Origin: Thalia democratica
Taxonomy: Eukaryota
Assembly (NCBI GenBank): GCA_965202585.1
Contig: OZ241829.1
Coordinates: forward strand, 12,648,001-12,712,000
DNA: 64,000 nt
Direction of reading: 5' to 3'
Below are positions 27,101 to 40,503 of the stretch, piece after piece. The position numbers and the translations under genes are program-made. The stretch's first letter is position 1, and every line of letters starts with the position of its first letter. The notes under the pieces were generated by a model. It was given only the letters and a program-made list of their open reading frames with translations, made no database searches and had not been told where the DNA came from.

Positions 27101-30100
27101 AGTACCAAAGCTGCGACTACCAGACATACTCCAACACAAAAAAAAATTAAACAAAAATAACTTCAATTAAAATTTTACTTGAAGCGCTTTACTTTATCAA
27201 CCGCTATGACCAGTACTTAAAACCAAACACCACAGGTTACTACCTGAAGTACCTAAGCTGCGACTACCAGACATACTCCAACACAAAAAAAAATTAAACA
27301 AAAATAACTTCAATTAAAATTTTACTTGAAGCGCTTTACTTTATCAACCGCTATGACCAGTACTTAAAACCAAACACCACAGGTTACTACCTGAAGTACC
27401 TAAGCTGCGACTACCAGACATACTCCAACACAAAAAAAAAATTAAACAAAAATAACTTCAATTAAAATTTTACTTGAAGCGCTTTACTTTATCAACCGCT
27501 ATGACCAGTACTTAAAACCAAACACCACAGGTTACTACCTGAAGTACCAAAGCTGCGACTACCAGACATACTCCAACACAAAAAAAAAATTAAACAAAAA
27601 TAACTTCAATTAAAATTTTACTTGAAGCGCTTTACTTTATCAACCGCTATGACCAGTACTTAAAACCAAACACCACAGGTTACTACCTGAAGTACCTAAG
27701 CTGCGACTACCAGACATACTCCAACACAAAAAAAAATTAAACAAAAATAACTTCAATTAAAATTTTACTTGAAGCGCTTTACTTTATCAACCGCTATGAC
27801 CAGTACTTAAAACCAAACACCACAGGTTACTACCTGAAGTACCTAAGCTGCGACTACCAGACATACTCCAACACAAAAAAAAAATTAAACAAAAATAACT
27901 TCAATTAAAATTTTACTTGAAGCGCTTTACTTTATCAACCGCTATGACCAGTACTTAAAACCAAACACCACAGGTTACTACCTGAAGTACCAAAGCTGCG
28001 ACTACCAGACATACTCCAACACAAAAAAAAAATTAAACAAAAATAACTTCAATTAAAATTTTACTTGAAGCGCTTTACTTTATCAACCGCTATGACCAGT
28101 ACTTAAAACCAAACACCACAGGTTACTACCTGAAGTACCTAAGCTGCGACTACCAGACATACTCCAACACAAAAAAAAATTAAACAAAAATAACTTCAAT
28201 TAAAATTTTACTTGAAGCGCTTTACTTTATCAACCGCTATGACCAGTACTTAAAACCAAACACCACAGGTTACTACCTGAAGTACCTAAGCTGCGACTAC
28301 CAGACATACTCCAACACAAAAAAAAAATTAAACAAAAATAACTTCAATTAAAATTTTACTTGAAGCGCTTTACTTTATCAACCGCTATGACCAGTACTTA
28401 AAACCAAACACCACAGGTTACTACCTGAAGTACCTAAGCTGCGACTACCAGACATACTCCAACACAAAAAAAAATTAAACAAAAATAACTTCAATTAAAA
28501 TTTTACTTGAAGCGCTTTACTTTATCAACCGCTATGACCAGTACTTAAAACCAAACACCACAGGTTACTACCTGAAGTACCTAAGCTGCGACTACCAGAC
28601 ATACTCCAACACAAAAAAAAAATTAAACAAAAATAACTTCAATTAAAATTTTACTTGAAGCGCTTTACTTTATCAACCGCTATGACCAGTACTTAAAACC
28701 AAACACCACAGGTTACTACCTGAAGTACCTAAGCTGCGACTACCAGACATACTCCAACACAAAAAAAAATTAAACAAAAATAACTTCAATTAAAATTTTA
28801 CTTGAAGCGCTTTACTTTATCAACCGCTATGACCAGTACTTAAAACCAAACACCACAGGTTACTACCTGAAGTACCTAAGCTGCGACTACCAGACATACT
28901 CCAACACAAAAAAAAAATTAAACAAAAATAACTTCAATTAAAATTTTACTTGAAGCGCTTTACTTTATCAACCGCTATGACCAGTACTTAAAACCAAACA
29001 CCACAGGTTACTACCTGAAGTACCTAAGCTGCGACTACCAGACATACTCCAACACAAAAAAAAAATTAAACAAAAATAACTTCAATTAAAATTTTACTTG
29101 AAGCGCTTTACTTTATCAACCGCTATGACCAGTACTTAAAACCAAACACCACAGGTTACTACCTGAAGTACCTAAGCTGCGACTACCAGACATACTCCAA
29201 CACAAAAAAAAAATTAAACAAAAATAACTTCAATTAAAATTTTACTTGAAGCGCTTTACTTTATCAACCGCTATGACCAGTACTTAAAACCAAACACCAC
29301 AGGTTACTACCTGAAGTACCTAAGCTGCGACTACCAGACATACTCCAACACAAAAAAAAAATTAAACAAAAATAACTTCAATTAAAATTTTACTTGAAGC
29401 GCTTTACTTTATCAACCGCTATGACCAGTACTTAAAACCAAACACTACAGGTTACTACCTGAAGTACCTAAGCTGCGACTACCAGAAATCCACCAACACT
29501 AAGGCCCACCACACGGACAAGTACGTCAACAAGGACCTGGTCGTCAGGAGGAGTCAGGCATTCGACCTGTACGTCAACTTCAAGAACAGGAGCTATGACG
29601 CGTCCAAGGACGCCATCGTCATGGAGTTCACTCTCGGTTGGTTACATGATGTGTTTTAGTTTTGTACCATATTCATAAAATTTTACTTAATTGATAAAAC
29701 TACTATTTAGATATAAGTATTACACCAACTGTTTAATGATTGCACCAAAATGACTTGTTTAAAATTATTAAGGCCATAGGGGGGTAAACCATGTTTTTTA
29801 CAAGTTGATCTTATTTTATAGAGTTTTTTCTAAGTTTCGAGATGCTTTTTATTGTTTTAAAAAATTCAAACTATTTTTTGAGATACGACCAGTCAAAGTC
29901 GGGGCCGCATAATAGGTTCCTTATGGGAAGGGAAAACTAAAACAGCGAAAAAATACTTTTTTATTTAAAATCTATCTTCTCCTACATTTTTCAAGCAATC
30001 TTCTTCAAACTTTCAAAGTCTAATCTTTATACAATAAATAAAAAAGTTTTACTTTGGAATTTTTAAAAAAATCTGTAAAAATTTTTTTTTTTTGAAAAAA

Positions 30101-33100
30101 AAAAACACTTTTTTTTTAATTTTTGTGATAATTTTTTTTTTAAGTTATTAAAGTTCTAAAGTAACGTTTTTTTCTTTTATTATTAGGAATGTTTCCTAAA
30201 AATTTGAAGAAGGTTGCTTGAAAATGAAGGAGGAGATAGATTTTTAGTGAATTTTAAAATTTCCAAGAAAATTGATCCTAAAAAATTTGCGGTCCATACG
30301 TTTATATTGGAAACTTTTTACAAAAAATTGAATATCTCAAAAGTTAAATAGTATTTTTGAATTCTATAAAAACTGGCTTGTAGTTTGTACTTAAAGCTTT
30401 CATATAAAAGCTAATGTTAATTTTTGTAAAAAAAATCTTGGAACCACCTTATGGCCTTAAAAGAAGCTCAATGGGGCTCACTCTTAGTTGGTTGCTTGCT
30501 TGAGAATATTTAATTTAAATGTATTTTTATATAAATATTGTTTAATTTATTTATACTACATAACTTTATTATCAACTGTTTTATGCTTGTCCTGAAATAA
30601 CTTTTTAAATTACAAATAAATATTTAATTTCGGTTGGCTGTTTGCTTTTGCGTTAAAAACCACCTGAACCTGGTGTTTAGCTTGTTTACGGCAAGTAAAA
30701 ACATTCAGCACTAACTAAGTGTGATCTGAAGTAAAAACTTACAAAGTAAAATTTAAAAAGTTTTTTTTTACAGTTTAAGCATAGTTTTATAAACGATGTT
30801 GTCCTTAAGTAGTTTTAGCTCAAAAGTTCTTTTTACTATTTGAACGTGAATTTAGTATCATCTGTTAATGAATGTGCTAGAACATTTTCATCAAATACAA
30901 ACTCTTTAAAGTTTAAACTTTTAATCACCACGGTTATGAAATTGTTTAAAATTGAGGATATTGTGTTCTACTTTAATGCGATATTTATCTAATATCAAAA
31001 CATAACTGTAACATAAATTGTTTTATTATAGCACTAAAATCTCTTGTTTAAAATTAATTAAAGATATTTCTTTTGAAGTTTGAAAGTATTTAACACAAAC
31101 TTTTGAATTTAAAACAAACAAGTGTCGAGTAAAAATGCTTATTACTTACAAAACTCGCGCTTTAACTTTTCCCGTAATTCTTCCACTCTAATTTTTTTTT
31201 CCAACTTGTTTCCAGGCAAGAACCCGACCGAGATGGGGGGCACCAAGATCAGGATGGTCCCCGGGAGCAAGATTGAGGAGGACAAGTGGAGTTGCCAGTT
31301 GCTTGGCAACGACGACGGCAACAAGAGGGTGTCCATCAGGTGAGCGTAAAACACTATTTCAACTTGATACTTTAATAAACAAAATAAACTTTGGTTTTTA
31401 ATTGAACAAAGTGTAAGAAAAAATACTTAAATTTCAGATGAGTGTGAGAATTATACTCTCATAGAAATATGTTTTGAAGTGTAGACATTTGCTGGCAGAA
31501 AAAAATTACTTTTGTTTTTTGATAAAACAAAGTTTAAAAGTAGGTGTATAAATAAACACTTACAACAAAACTGTTTAAAAACTTATTTTATAATAGTTAA
31601 TCTACAAATCTACAACCTAATGTTGCCAATTACTTAACAAACATTAACAAACAACAGTAAGTATAAAACAGCGCTTTTCTGAGCATTAAACAGTAAACTT
31701 GCATAAAAACTTCAGCTTTACTGTTTTCTTTTTTCTTTTCAAACGCCTACAAAAAAAATGCACAGGGTTAATATTCCCAATGTGTAGTATTGTCTTGTAA
31801 ATGTAACAAGTTTTTCTGTTCTAAAGACCTATTTAACTACTAAAGGGTGAACATCCCCAACGATGCGATGGTGGGAAGGTACAGCGTGACGTCAGAGATC
31901 AGGAGCAAATCAGGAAGTCAGGAGTGCACGAGGAGGTACGTCATGCCTGACGTGCTGGTGGTGTTCAACCCCTTCAGCAAAAGTTAGTTTTGCATAAATT
32001 TGTTACAGATGATTTTATATCTGTTTATCTGTTTTATAAAACATTTTTAACAGTTTATGGTATATATAAAAAAATAAAATATCGTAAAAAAGTAATTTAT
32101 TTTTAAAAACACTCGTTTTTGCCTTAGCTTTAGTGCTATCATTGATATTTAAAGCGTTTAATAAGACACTACTGGGCAGTGGGCACCTGCTCAATTTGCT
32201 ACTGCACATTTTCCATGTTTTCACACTTAAACAAAAATACTGTGACTCGATTTTAACTCTTTAAAAAACTGAATTATATTTATTTTTTTAATTAAAAGAA
32301 AATAATAATAAAATTTCATTACTACAAGGTGTATGTGGCTCTGAAAAGACCTTCTAATGTATACATATTAAAAAAAAATTGTAATAAAAATATTCAAACA
32401 AATTAAATACAACAATCAGACGACGAGGTGTACATGGGGAACGAGGCGGAGAGGCAGGAGTACTGCATGGAGGAGAACGGGCTGATCTTCGCCGGGAGCT
32501 GGAACAAGATCGTCAAGATGCACTGGACCTTCGGACAGTTCGAAAAGGACATACTGGACATCACCTTCAGATTATTGAACGAGGACACTACCATGAAGTC
32601 CAACGCGGCCAAGTCCACCAAGATGCACGGGTCGCCCGTGTTCGTGTCCCGGGTGCTGTCCGCAATGGTTCGTTTTGATTTAAATAGGTAAAACGTTTAA
32701 TTTTGATTGTACAATGGTGTAATCTTCCAAGATATTTGTGACTAGTTAGCACCACCTAGCAGTTGAATTTTTTTTAATGTTCGCCATGGTTCTAGTTGTA
32801 AACTTAAAGTATAAGCAAAACATTTATTTTTGAATAAACACATTAGTAATTCGTCAAAAATTTTCAATAAATTTCAAAAGTACAAAAATAATAAAAGTAT
32901 GTATAATTAAATTAAAACATGATACATCTGGCAAATTTTGAAATTTAAAGAACTTCGGGAACAAAAATTTCAAATTATTAAACTATTAAAAAATTCCCTA
33001 AAAACAGATCAACAGCAACGACGACAAGGGAATGCTGGTAGGAAACTGGAGCAGCGATTTCAGCGGAGGGGTCGCCCCCACCCAGTGGACGGCCAGCGCC

Positions 33101-36100
33101 AAGATATTCCGGCAGTGGAACAAGAAGGGGTCGGTGAAGTGGGGACAGTGCTGGGTCTACTCGGCCCTCTTCACTACCGGTCAGTTTGTAAAAAATAATT
33201 AATCTTTGAGATATAAGTTTTTGTTTTTACCACAACAGTTATATTTTGTATTTTCGGTCATGTTTATTTTTGTGTTACAAGGTTTTAAATATTTTTTGAC
33301 CTTTTTTACAACTGGTCAGCTTGTAAAAAAGGTATTATGATTTTATCATTAAATATGAAATTATAAATCAATTTATTTTTTATAGTATCTTAAACACTTG
33401 TTTGATTTCAATTTAAAGTTTGCTTAAAAATAGATCGAGCACAAGATTATTATCACCTTAACAAATTACTTTTTACAAAATAGTTTCAAACGTCTTCATT
33501 TTAATTTCAGCCCTCAGAGCAATTGGTATCCCTGGCAGAACGGTGACAAACTTCAACTCGGCTCACGACACCGAGTTCAACATGTCATTGGACAAATTTT
33601 TCTACGAGGATGGGTCGGAAAATAGCGAGGTAATTCATAATACATATATATATATATATTTAGTTTATTTGTTCAACATGTCACTTGACAAGTTCTTCTA
33701 CGAAGATGGGTCGGAAAACAGCGAGGTAATTCATAATACATATATATATATATATATATTTATTTAGTTTATTTGTTCAACATGTCACTTGACAAGTTCT
33801 TCTACGAAAATGGATCGGAAAATAGCGAGGTTACAAATTATGTAGTGTTGTTTAACTAAGTTGTTTTGCGGGTGAAAAACAAAGGTTTTTAAAAATGTTT
33901 CAAATACTTTAAAAAACTCTTTAAACTTCTTCTAAAATCAATAATAATAAAAACTTCCATACAGTTCGGAGGCAACGACTCGATGTGGAACTTCCACGTT
34001 TGGAACGAGGCGTGGATGAAAAGGTCCGACCTCACCCACGGAAGCGAGTACGACGGGTGGCAGGCCGTGGACGGGACCCCCCAGGAGAAATCCGGCAAGG
34101 TTTTCAGGTGAGGGACTTTTTCAAAAAAAAAAATGCAAACGATCAAAAATGTTAGATTGCTAAAAAAACACATGTAAAAAGTTAATTGTTTGGAATGTAA
34201 CAATACAACAAGTAGTACTCTGTAAAAACTATAAATGATTTTTTGAATTTGTATATATAACTATGATCCTTGATTACTGTTTTTATTTTCAGGTGCGGGC
34301 CATCTCCTTTACTGGCCATCAAGAGAGGAGAGGTCAACATCGGTTACGATACCGACTTCTTGTTCGGCGAGGTTCATTTATTTATTTTTTATCGTTTAAA
34401 TATTTATTAGGTTAAAGAGCTTTCAGAAACTTGATTGTGTGTAAAGCGTTTAAAAAAATAGCCAAAAAATTAAATAAAATAATAATAGTAGTTTAGAAAC
34501 ATTTATAGTTTGAGCTTTTCAAATTAAGGGCTTAAAAATAATTTTTGTTCTATTTTTTAATAACTTCGTTTAAATATTCAAACTAAAAGATTTTAAACCA
34601 AACTAAATACTAATCTATCAACCAATATTGTATATATCAGTATCAGCTTCAATTTAAATACTGCAAACTAAGCTAAATTGTAACGAATCAACCAGGTGAG
34701 TGTGAAATTGTTTGCTAAAAAAAATTTAAAACAAAACTGAAGCCTATAATTTATCAGCATATAAAACAACTCAAACAACTTAAAAATTAAATAAACTTAA
34801 CTAATTACGCCACCAGGTAAACACAATACATACACAACTTTTTTTTCTTTATCTGTATAACGACGTTTCGCAGAAAAACGGCTCTCTAGATACAATAAAA
34901 ATTTGAAAGATAACACAGAGCGATGAAATACAACTAAAAATATTTTTGTAGCTTTAATAAAATTTTTAATAATTAAACTAAATTTAACCAGGTGAACGCG
35001 GACGAGTGCAAGTGGCAGTTGAACGAGAGCGACAAGATCGTGAAGATGCTGAAGAAGGACACAAGGAAGTGCGGGAAGAAGATCAGCACGAAGGCGGTGG
35101 GAGCCTTCAAGAGGTTGGACGTCACCAACCTGTACAAGTTCGATGAAGGTTTGTATTTTGTCTTTTATATGGTACGCACTTTCAGAGGTAAGCACCATCG
35201 TAAAAAAATCACTGAGTCTTGAAGGTCTGCGTAAAATAGGGTTACATTAATTTGGTTGTCAATAAAGTCAATTAAAAACTTTTTGTAACAATTCAACACA
35301 AGATAAGAAACTTAATCTAGTGTACTTTGCTTCTTTTAATTCAGAGCAAAAACATTAAACATGTAACTGCTTAAAAAATAAACTCAACTATCAAGTAGCT
35401 TCAATAAACTTAATAAAACACAAACAAGATTATTGACAATAACTTAAAGAAAATTTCTATCTTCTTACAAACATTACTTTTTCTTGAATTCACCAACCAA
35501 TCACTCTTGATTTATTTTATTCAACTTCAAATAAACCCAGGAACAAAGGAGGAGCGTGACGCCATGGAGAAGGCCAAGTTGAGGGGCAAGCAGCCCAAGT
35601 GGCACAACAAGTTCCAAATGCACAAGGAAGGACCCATACAAATAACCATCCACCCCAAGCAGCCCAAGTTCGTCACCGGGCAACCAATTGTCTTCACTGT
35701 CAATGTGAGTTGTTGGTAAACAGTGTTGAGAATGTCATTAAAACGTTAGAAATAAGTTCTGTAAAGAACTTGTACATAAACACAAGTTATATATGTTATT
35801 TTTACTTTCTTGTTAAAGCCGTGTTAATGTTAGTACATACTTGTAAAATATTTTTTTGTTGTTTAGAATATGCTAAAAAATTAATTCAATAAAGAGATTT
35901 TTATCTTGTTAATTATTTTAATAAATTTAAAATGAATTAAGTAAAAGGTTGTACATATGGTAAGTTTTTTTTTTGTTTTTAACGATCAGCTTCAGTAAAT
36001 TTATCAAGTGATAAAGAAAGCAGTAATATTACTTGTTTCATAGAATGCATCCTTTAATTTCAACCAGAACTTTTATGTAAAAAATCCAAAAAAAAAAAAA

Positions 36101-38457
36101 ATTTCTTGTGAACGTCTTCGATGGGCTAAAAGTTAAACTTCTTAAGGTTAAGAAAGCAATGGTTTCAAAAAGTCTAAGAAAAAGCTAAACAAGAAATTAA
36201 AAAAAAAATAGAATACTAACAAGTGTTAAACTTTTTACATTTTTATGTATTCAACGTTTCAGGTGCTGAACACTACATCGGCTGCTCAGGAGTGCAAGAT
36301 CACCAGCAGGATTGAGAGCATGTTCTACACCGGGAAGAGGAAGTCCGGAGTGAAGCAGGTCGTCGAGAACAAAGTGATCAACGCCAAGCAGAGTGAGAAT
36401 TTTTTGAATAATTTTTTTCAGTAATATTTAACAGTAATAAGTTTGTTTTTCAATGAGTTTCTCATATTAGTAGCTTCATTGAGGTGGTTGAGAAGTAGGT
36501 GATCAACGCTAAGCAGAATAAAAAGAAATTTATGAATTTATTTTTAAATGTACTTTAAGCTAAAATAGTTTTTAAAGCCTAAGTTTTTATATAGTTTACT
36601 TATTTGAAAGTTTATCTTTTACTTTACTCTTTAAGGTTAATTAAGTTAAAAAACTTTTTGTGGAAATTCTTTTTAATGGAGTATAGTTGTAAGACAAAAC
36701 GTTACTTAATACAAGTTTAAGTATAAGATTTATACATCCTACAAGCTAAAAAATTCATAAAGTAAACAATGTATGCACATACACTTTTCCTAACTTGTTT
36801 ACAATTGATAAAATAGATTGATTTAAATGTTTTAAAACATATTACAACAAATCAGTATAGTTACTACTTATTAGCGTAATTAAAACTTTTTTAATTAACA
36901 ATCATGCTAACAAAAGCTTAGCTTAAACACTGAAGCAGCTTGTGTAACTAGATTTTTTGAAAATACATTTAATAATGTTAAAATAGTACTCAATACAAAA
37001 AACAAAAACTCTATATCTGAATTTTAAAAAATATCAAAACATATCTGCTTAAACTTCATTTAGTATCATAATAACTTTGGTAGTTTTGTATCAGTATTAT
37101 TTTATACAAACTTTACCGACATTCAGTGCGACATTGCTGCTTTGAGAAAATTGATTTCACTAAAATAAACAAAGCTGTATATCTGGATATTTAAAAGTAA
37201 ATTAAAACAAAAATTACCACCAAACTTGATAAATTTGTATTAGTGTTTTATTCTTTTTTTTATTGAACCCCACAGACGTTCAATTTGACGTCACCGCTTC
37301 TTTCGCCGAGTACGGTTTCGTTATTTCGCCCTGCAACAGCTTCCGGTGCGTCACTTCCGTGAAGAACCTCAAAACAAACGACATGTACCTGGACACCGGT
37401 TCCACGGTGCTCAAGCATCCAAAAGTTCTCACCATTTGCGTTAGTTGTTACATCAGTAGTAAACATAGTTTGTGTTTTTAAGCTTGTTTTTTAAAGTGTC
37501 AATTTGTTTTATTATTTGTTAGAAAAACATATACAACCTTTGTTGTTAGCTGAAAATAAATAAAAAGTTCTTTTTTTACTTTATTTATTAGCTTCTGCTG
37601 TGCTTTTTGTTTAATTATTAAACAATAAAACTCAAATTTATTAACAACAAAAGTTTTATTTAGACTTACAATATAACTTTTGCTTTTTTAATTTATCTAA
37701 GTTTGTATAAAAAAAAAGTAGTTTCAGCTTAGTTTAGATGGTCATTTTTAATCATAATAAAACATTTTAAAGGGACCGACTCAAGCGAAGCAGGGTAAAT
37801 TCTCATTCAAGTATGACGTCACTAACCCGTTTCCGATCGCGCTGAGCCACTGCAAGCTGACACTAGAGGGAGTCGGACTTGACGGAGAAGTTGACTTCAC
37901 GTTTGTTATTTATAATTGTTATTGCTTGTAAGATAGAAAACTTTTAAGAACTTTAAATTCAAATAACTGAAAATTGGCAACATGATACATTTGCTGCTTT
38001 TTCTATTTATTTTACACAATTTAATAAACTTAATTACTAAGCAAAAGTATAATATAATTAAATTAGAATTTTTTATATTTTTATACGTACATCAATAAAA
38101 AAACTAACAGTTTTAGATGCTTCAATAAATGAGACATGTATTTTATTTTTTACTTTCTACAGTTTATTAAATTAAAATAACTGATTGGACAGCTGTATAC
38201 TTTTTGAACGTGCATAGTATCTTTTGTCATCTAAGTATGTACTTCAATTCTTTAAAAACTTTAAACACAGTTAGTCACTGACACAAATTTTCAACCAAAA
38301 AATTTCAAAACCCAGGAACCCGATAGTGGCGAACGGCAAGATGAGCGGAACGGTGGAGGTGAACGGGACGAGGAAGGGAAAGGTGAAGGTGGTGGGCAAC
38401 TTCCAGAGCAAGGAGCTGTCCAGCATCAAGACCAAGTGTCAGGTTGACATCCAGTAA
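24156..38457 (+). CDS. Transglutaminase (protein-glutamine gamma-glutamyltransferase), 15 coding exons, 745 aa
   Basis: Exons 24156-24300, 29451-29636, 31216-31339, 31846-31982, 32420-32667, 33008-33179, 33511-33629, 33965-34107, 34293-34371, 34992-35148, 35541-35704, 36263-36392, 37276-37439, 37773-37900, 38316-38457 join in frame (2238 nt, all GT-AG). Motifs: AHHTD, LVVRR, catalytic Cys [15 protein letters not shown], His WNFHVW, Asp [11 protein letters not shown]. Confidence 0.95.
25147..29486 (+). repeat. Homogeneous ~148-bp minisatellite, ~30 units, built from the intron/exon-2 junction of the transglutaminase
   Basis: First acceptor AG ends at 25165 and the last at 29450 (4285 nt, 29 periods). 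Units differ mainly in A-run length and a T>A variant in four units (~26367, ~27107, ~27549, ~27992). Confidence 0.97.
29772..30456. mobile_element. MITE with GGCCATAGG terminal inverted repeats and TTAA target-site duplication (Kolobok-like by TSD and RR termini)
   Basis: TTAA|GGCCATAGGGGG ... CCTTATGGCC|TTAA; internal sequence shared with copies at 60308-61706. Confidence 0.75.
33575..33829 (+). repeat. Tandem triplication of the 3' half of transglutaminase exon 7 with its donor site
   Basis: Copies start at 33575, 33671 and 33775 (periods 96 and 104 nt), each ending GAG|GT, separated by (TA)n. Confidence 0.95.
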
Positions 38458-40350
38458 AAGTGTCAAGTTGACATCCATTAAAAGTGTCAAGTTGGCGTCC
38501 AGTGAAGTATCTGCTGGCATATTTACTCAGAAAAATTGTTGTGCATGAATTTTGTTTTTATTTTGTTTATTTTAAAAAGCTTAAACTCAAATTAGCTTAA
38601 ATCTAACTTTGCATGAAATCGTTTTATTGTGTTTACCCTAACCCGCTTTAACATATTTTTTTAAGAAAACATGTATTTGACAGTTTACAGCATACTTTAA
38701 CTTTTATATTTAAAAAAAAAGTAATAATTTATTAAAATTTACTTCATTATAACTATATTCATTATATTGTTTCGTGTTTTTCAAAATTGTGGCAAGCATG
38801 TTACTAATAAAGTATGTATAGGTTGTATTTGTAATAACTTCGTAAATAGTATTCAAAGTAGTAATAATAAAAGCTAGATCTTATTTATGAAATAACTTGG
38901 ATTATCAAAAATCTAGTCTATTGATGTAAGGATATAAGCTAAAAAATTAAGCTATATATAACTTACACAATTTTAAGGTTCTCAATGTTGCCACGAGTAC
39001 CTTAACTTTATAAGTTTACAGTTTATAATAATCTTATTTACAGAACCAGATAAATCAAATAAAACAAAACCAACATAGTTACTTATGAGAGTCTAAAAAG
39101 TATAATTGCAAAATGATCTAAAACAGTTTTTTATAATTTAGAATAGATATTTGAAATAACATTTAAAATCGATCTCATAAAAACGAGAGGTATGATATCT
39201 TAGATATTAGTTTTTCATTATAAATTTCAAATAATAAAATTTATTTAAAACTAAACTGTTACTTATCCTAAATGTATAGAAAATACTGTTATAAAATAAT
39301 AACTAAAAAACTACAATCAAAATTAATTTGCTGAACACGATAAATTCCAAAAGTTTAACTTTTTACCAATATAATTTAAAAAACTTAACTTATTTTTTTA
39401 TTTGATACTTAAAATAGTTTAAATAAATTAACTCTCTCACAAAAGAATACTAATAACAGTTTAGGTTACAAATCAAAGTGGTTTTTGTAAGTAAGACGAG
39501 CTAAACAAACTAAGTCTTATTGGTAGACTAATTAATCTTTTAAAATTAGTTTGAGCAGAATTAGTAGTATATGAAAAACAGTTTGGTGTTCAGTTACACA
39601 TATACAACAACTACAAACTTGAAATATTTTACTACAAACAAGTGCTTTTAAACTTTGTATTTAGTACTTTTAAAAGACTTAGTTTTTGATAAAGTAGTAT
39701 GAACACTAGTAGAAAAAGAAAAAAAATTAAAAAAGCTACAATAATAAAAATATACTCTTAAAAGGATATTTTTAAAAGAAACATTTAAGTGGAACAAAAC
39801 ATCAAACATTCGTTTGTGCAACCTTGGTAAGTATTTAAAACGATTATAAACTGATATTAGTTACCTTAGTTTAAAAAGCTGGAAACTTTTAAAGTATTTT
39901 GAAATATACAAATGCTTTTATACTTTGAGTTTCGTACTTTTTTACTTTTTAGTTTCGGATAAAGCATTAAACACTTATGAAAAGTTAAGGCCATTATAAA
40001 CAATAAATCATGTTTAAAATTTAGATAAAAAGTTTTATTGATAACTTTGAAAACCCCGGCTTGAGTATAAATTTTTTAACAATCAAGCATACCGCGTTTT
40101 CATCATAATTTTTTAAACAACAAAACTAATAAACTCACAGTTTTGCAATAGTTATATGCAATAACATGTTTTGAAACGAGCAAAACAATTGTTTAGAAAG
40201 AAATGTACTAAAAAGTTCTTTTATACAGAAAATTTACCGTGTCAGCTAAAATATTTTAGCAGTAATAAACACCATGAAACTTTAAAACTAGCTTAATGGT
40301 TTATAAGTATAAACATTCTTCAACAGAGGAATAAAAATGTTGTCAAAAAT

Positions 40351-40422
40351 CTCCCCGTCGGGGAATCGAACCCCGGTCGCCCGCGTGACAGGCGGGAATA
40401 CTCACCACTATACTAACGAGGA
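40351..40422 (-). tRNA. trnD: tRNA-Asp(GTC)
   Basis: 72-nt cloverleaf TCCTCGTTAGTATAGTGG...GGGGAG, loop CT-GTC-AC, TTCGATT T-loop, followed by a TTTTT terminator. Confidence 0.95.
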
Positions 40423-40429
40423 TGAAATG

Positions 40430-40503
40430 TGGCCAGTACGGGGATCGAACCCGCGACATTCGCATTATTAGCACGACGCTCTAACCAACTGAGCTAACCG
40501 GCC
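40430..40503 (-). tRNA. trnI: tRNA-Ile(AAT)
   Basis: 74-nt GGCCGGTTAGCTCAGTTGG...CTGGCCA, loop CT-AAT-AA; one G-U pair in the anticodon stem relative to the right-arm copy. Confidence 0.93.

Noticed and set aside
25147-29486. CRISPR-like array
   Set aside because: The units are contiguous and near-identical with no unique spacers, there are no cas genes, and the context is a eukaryotic intron.
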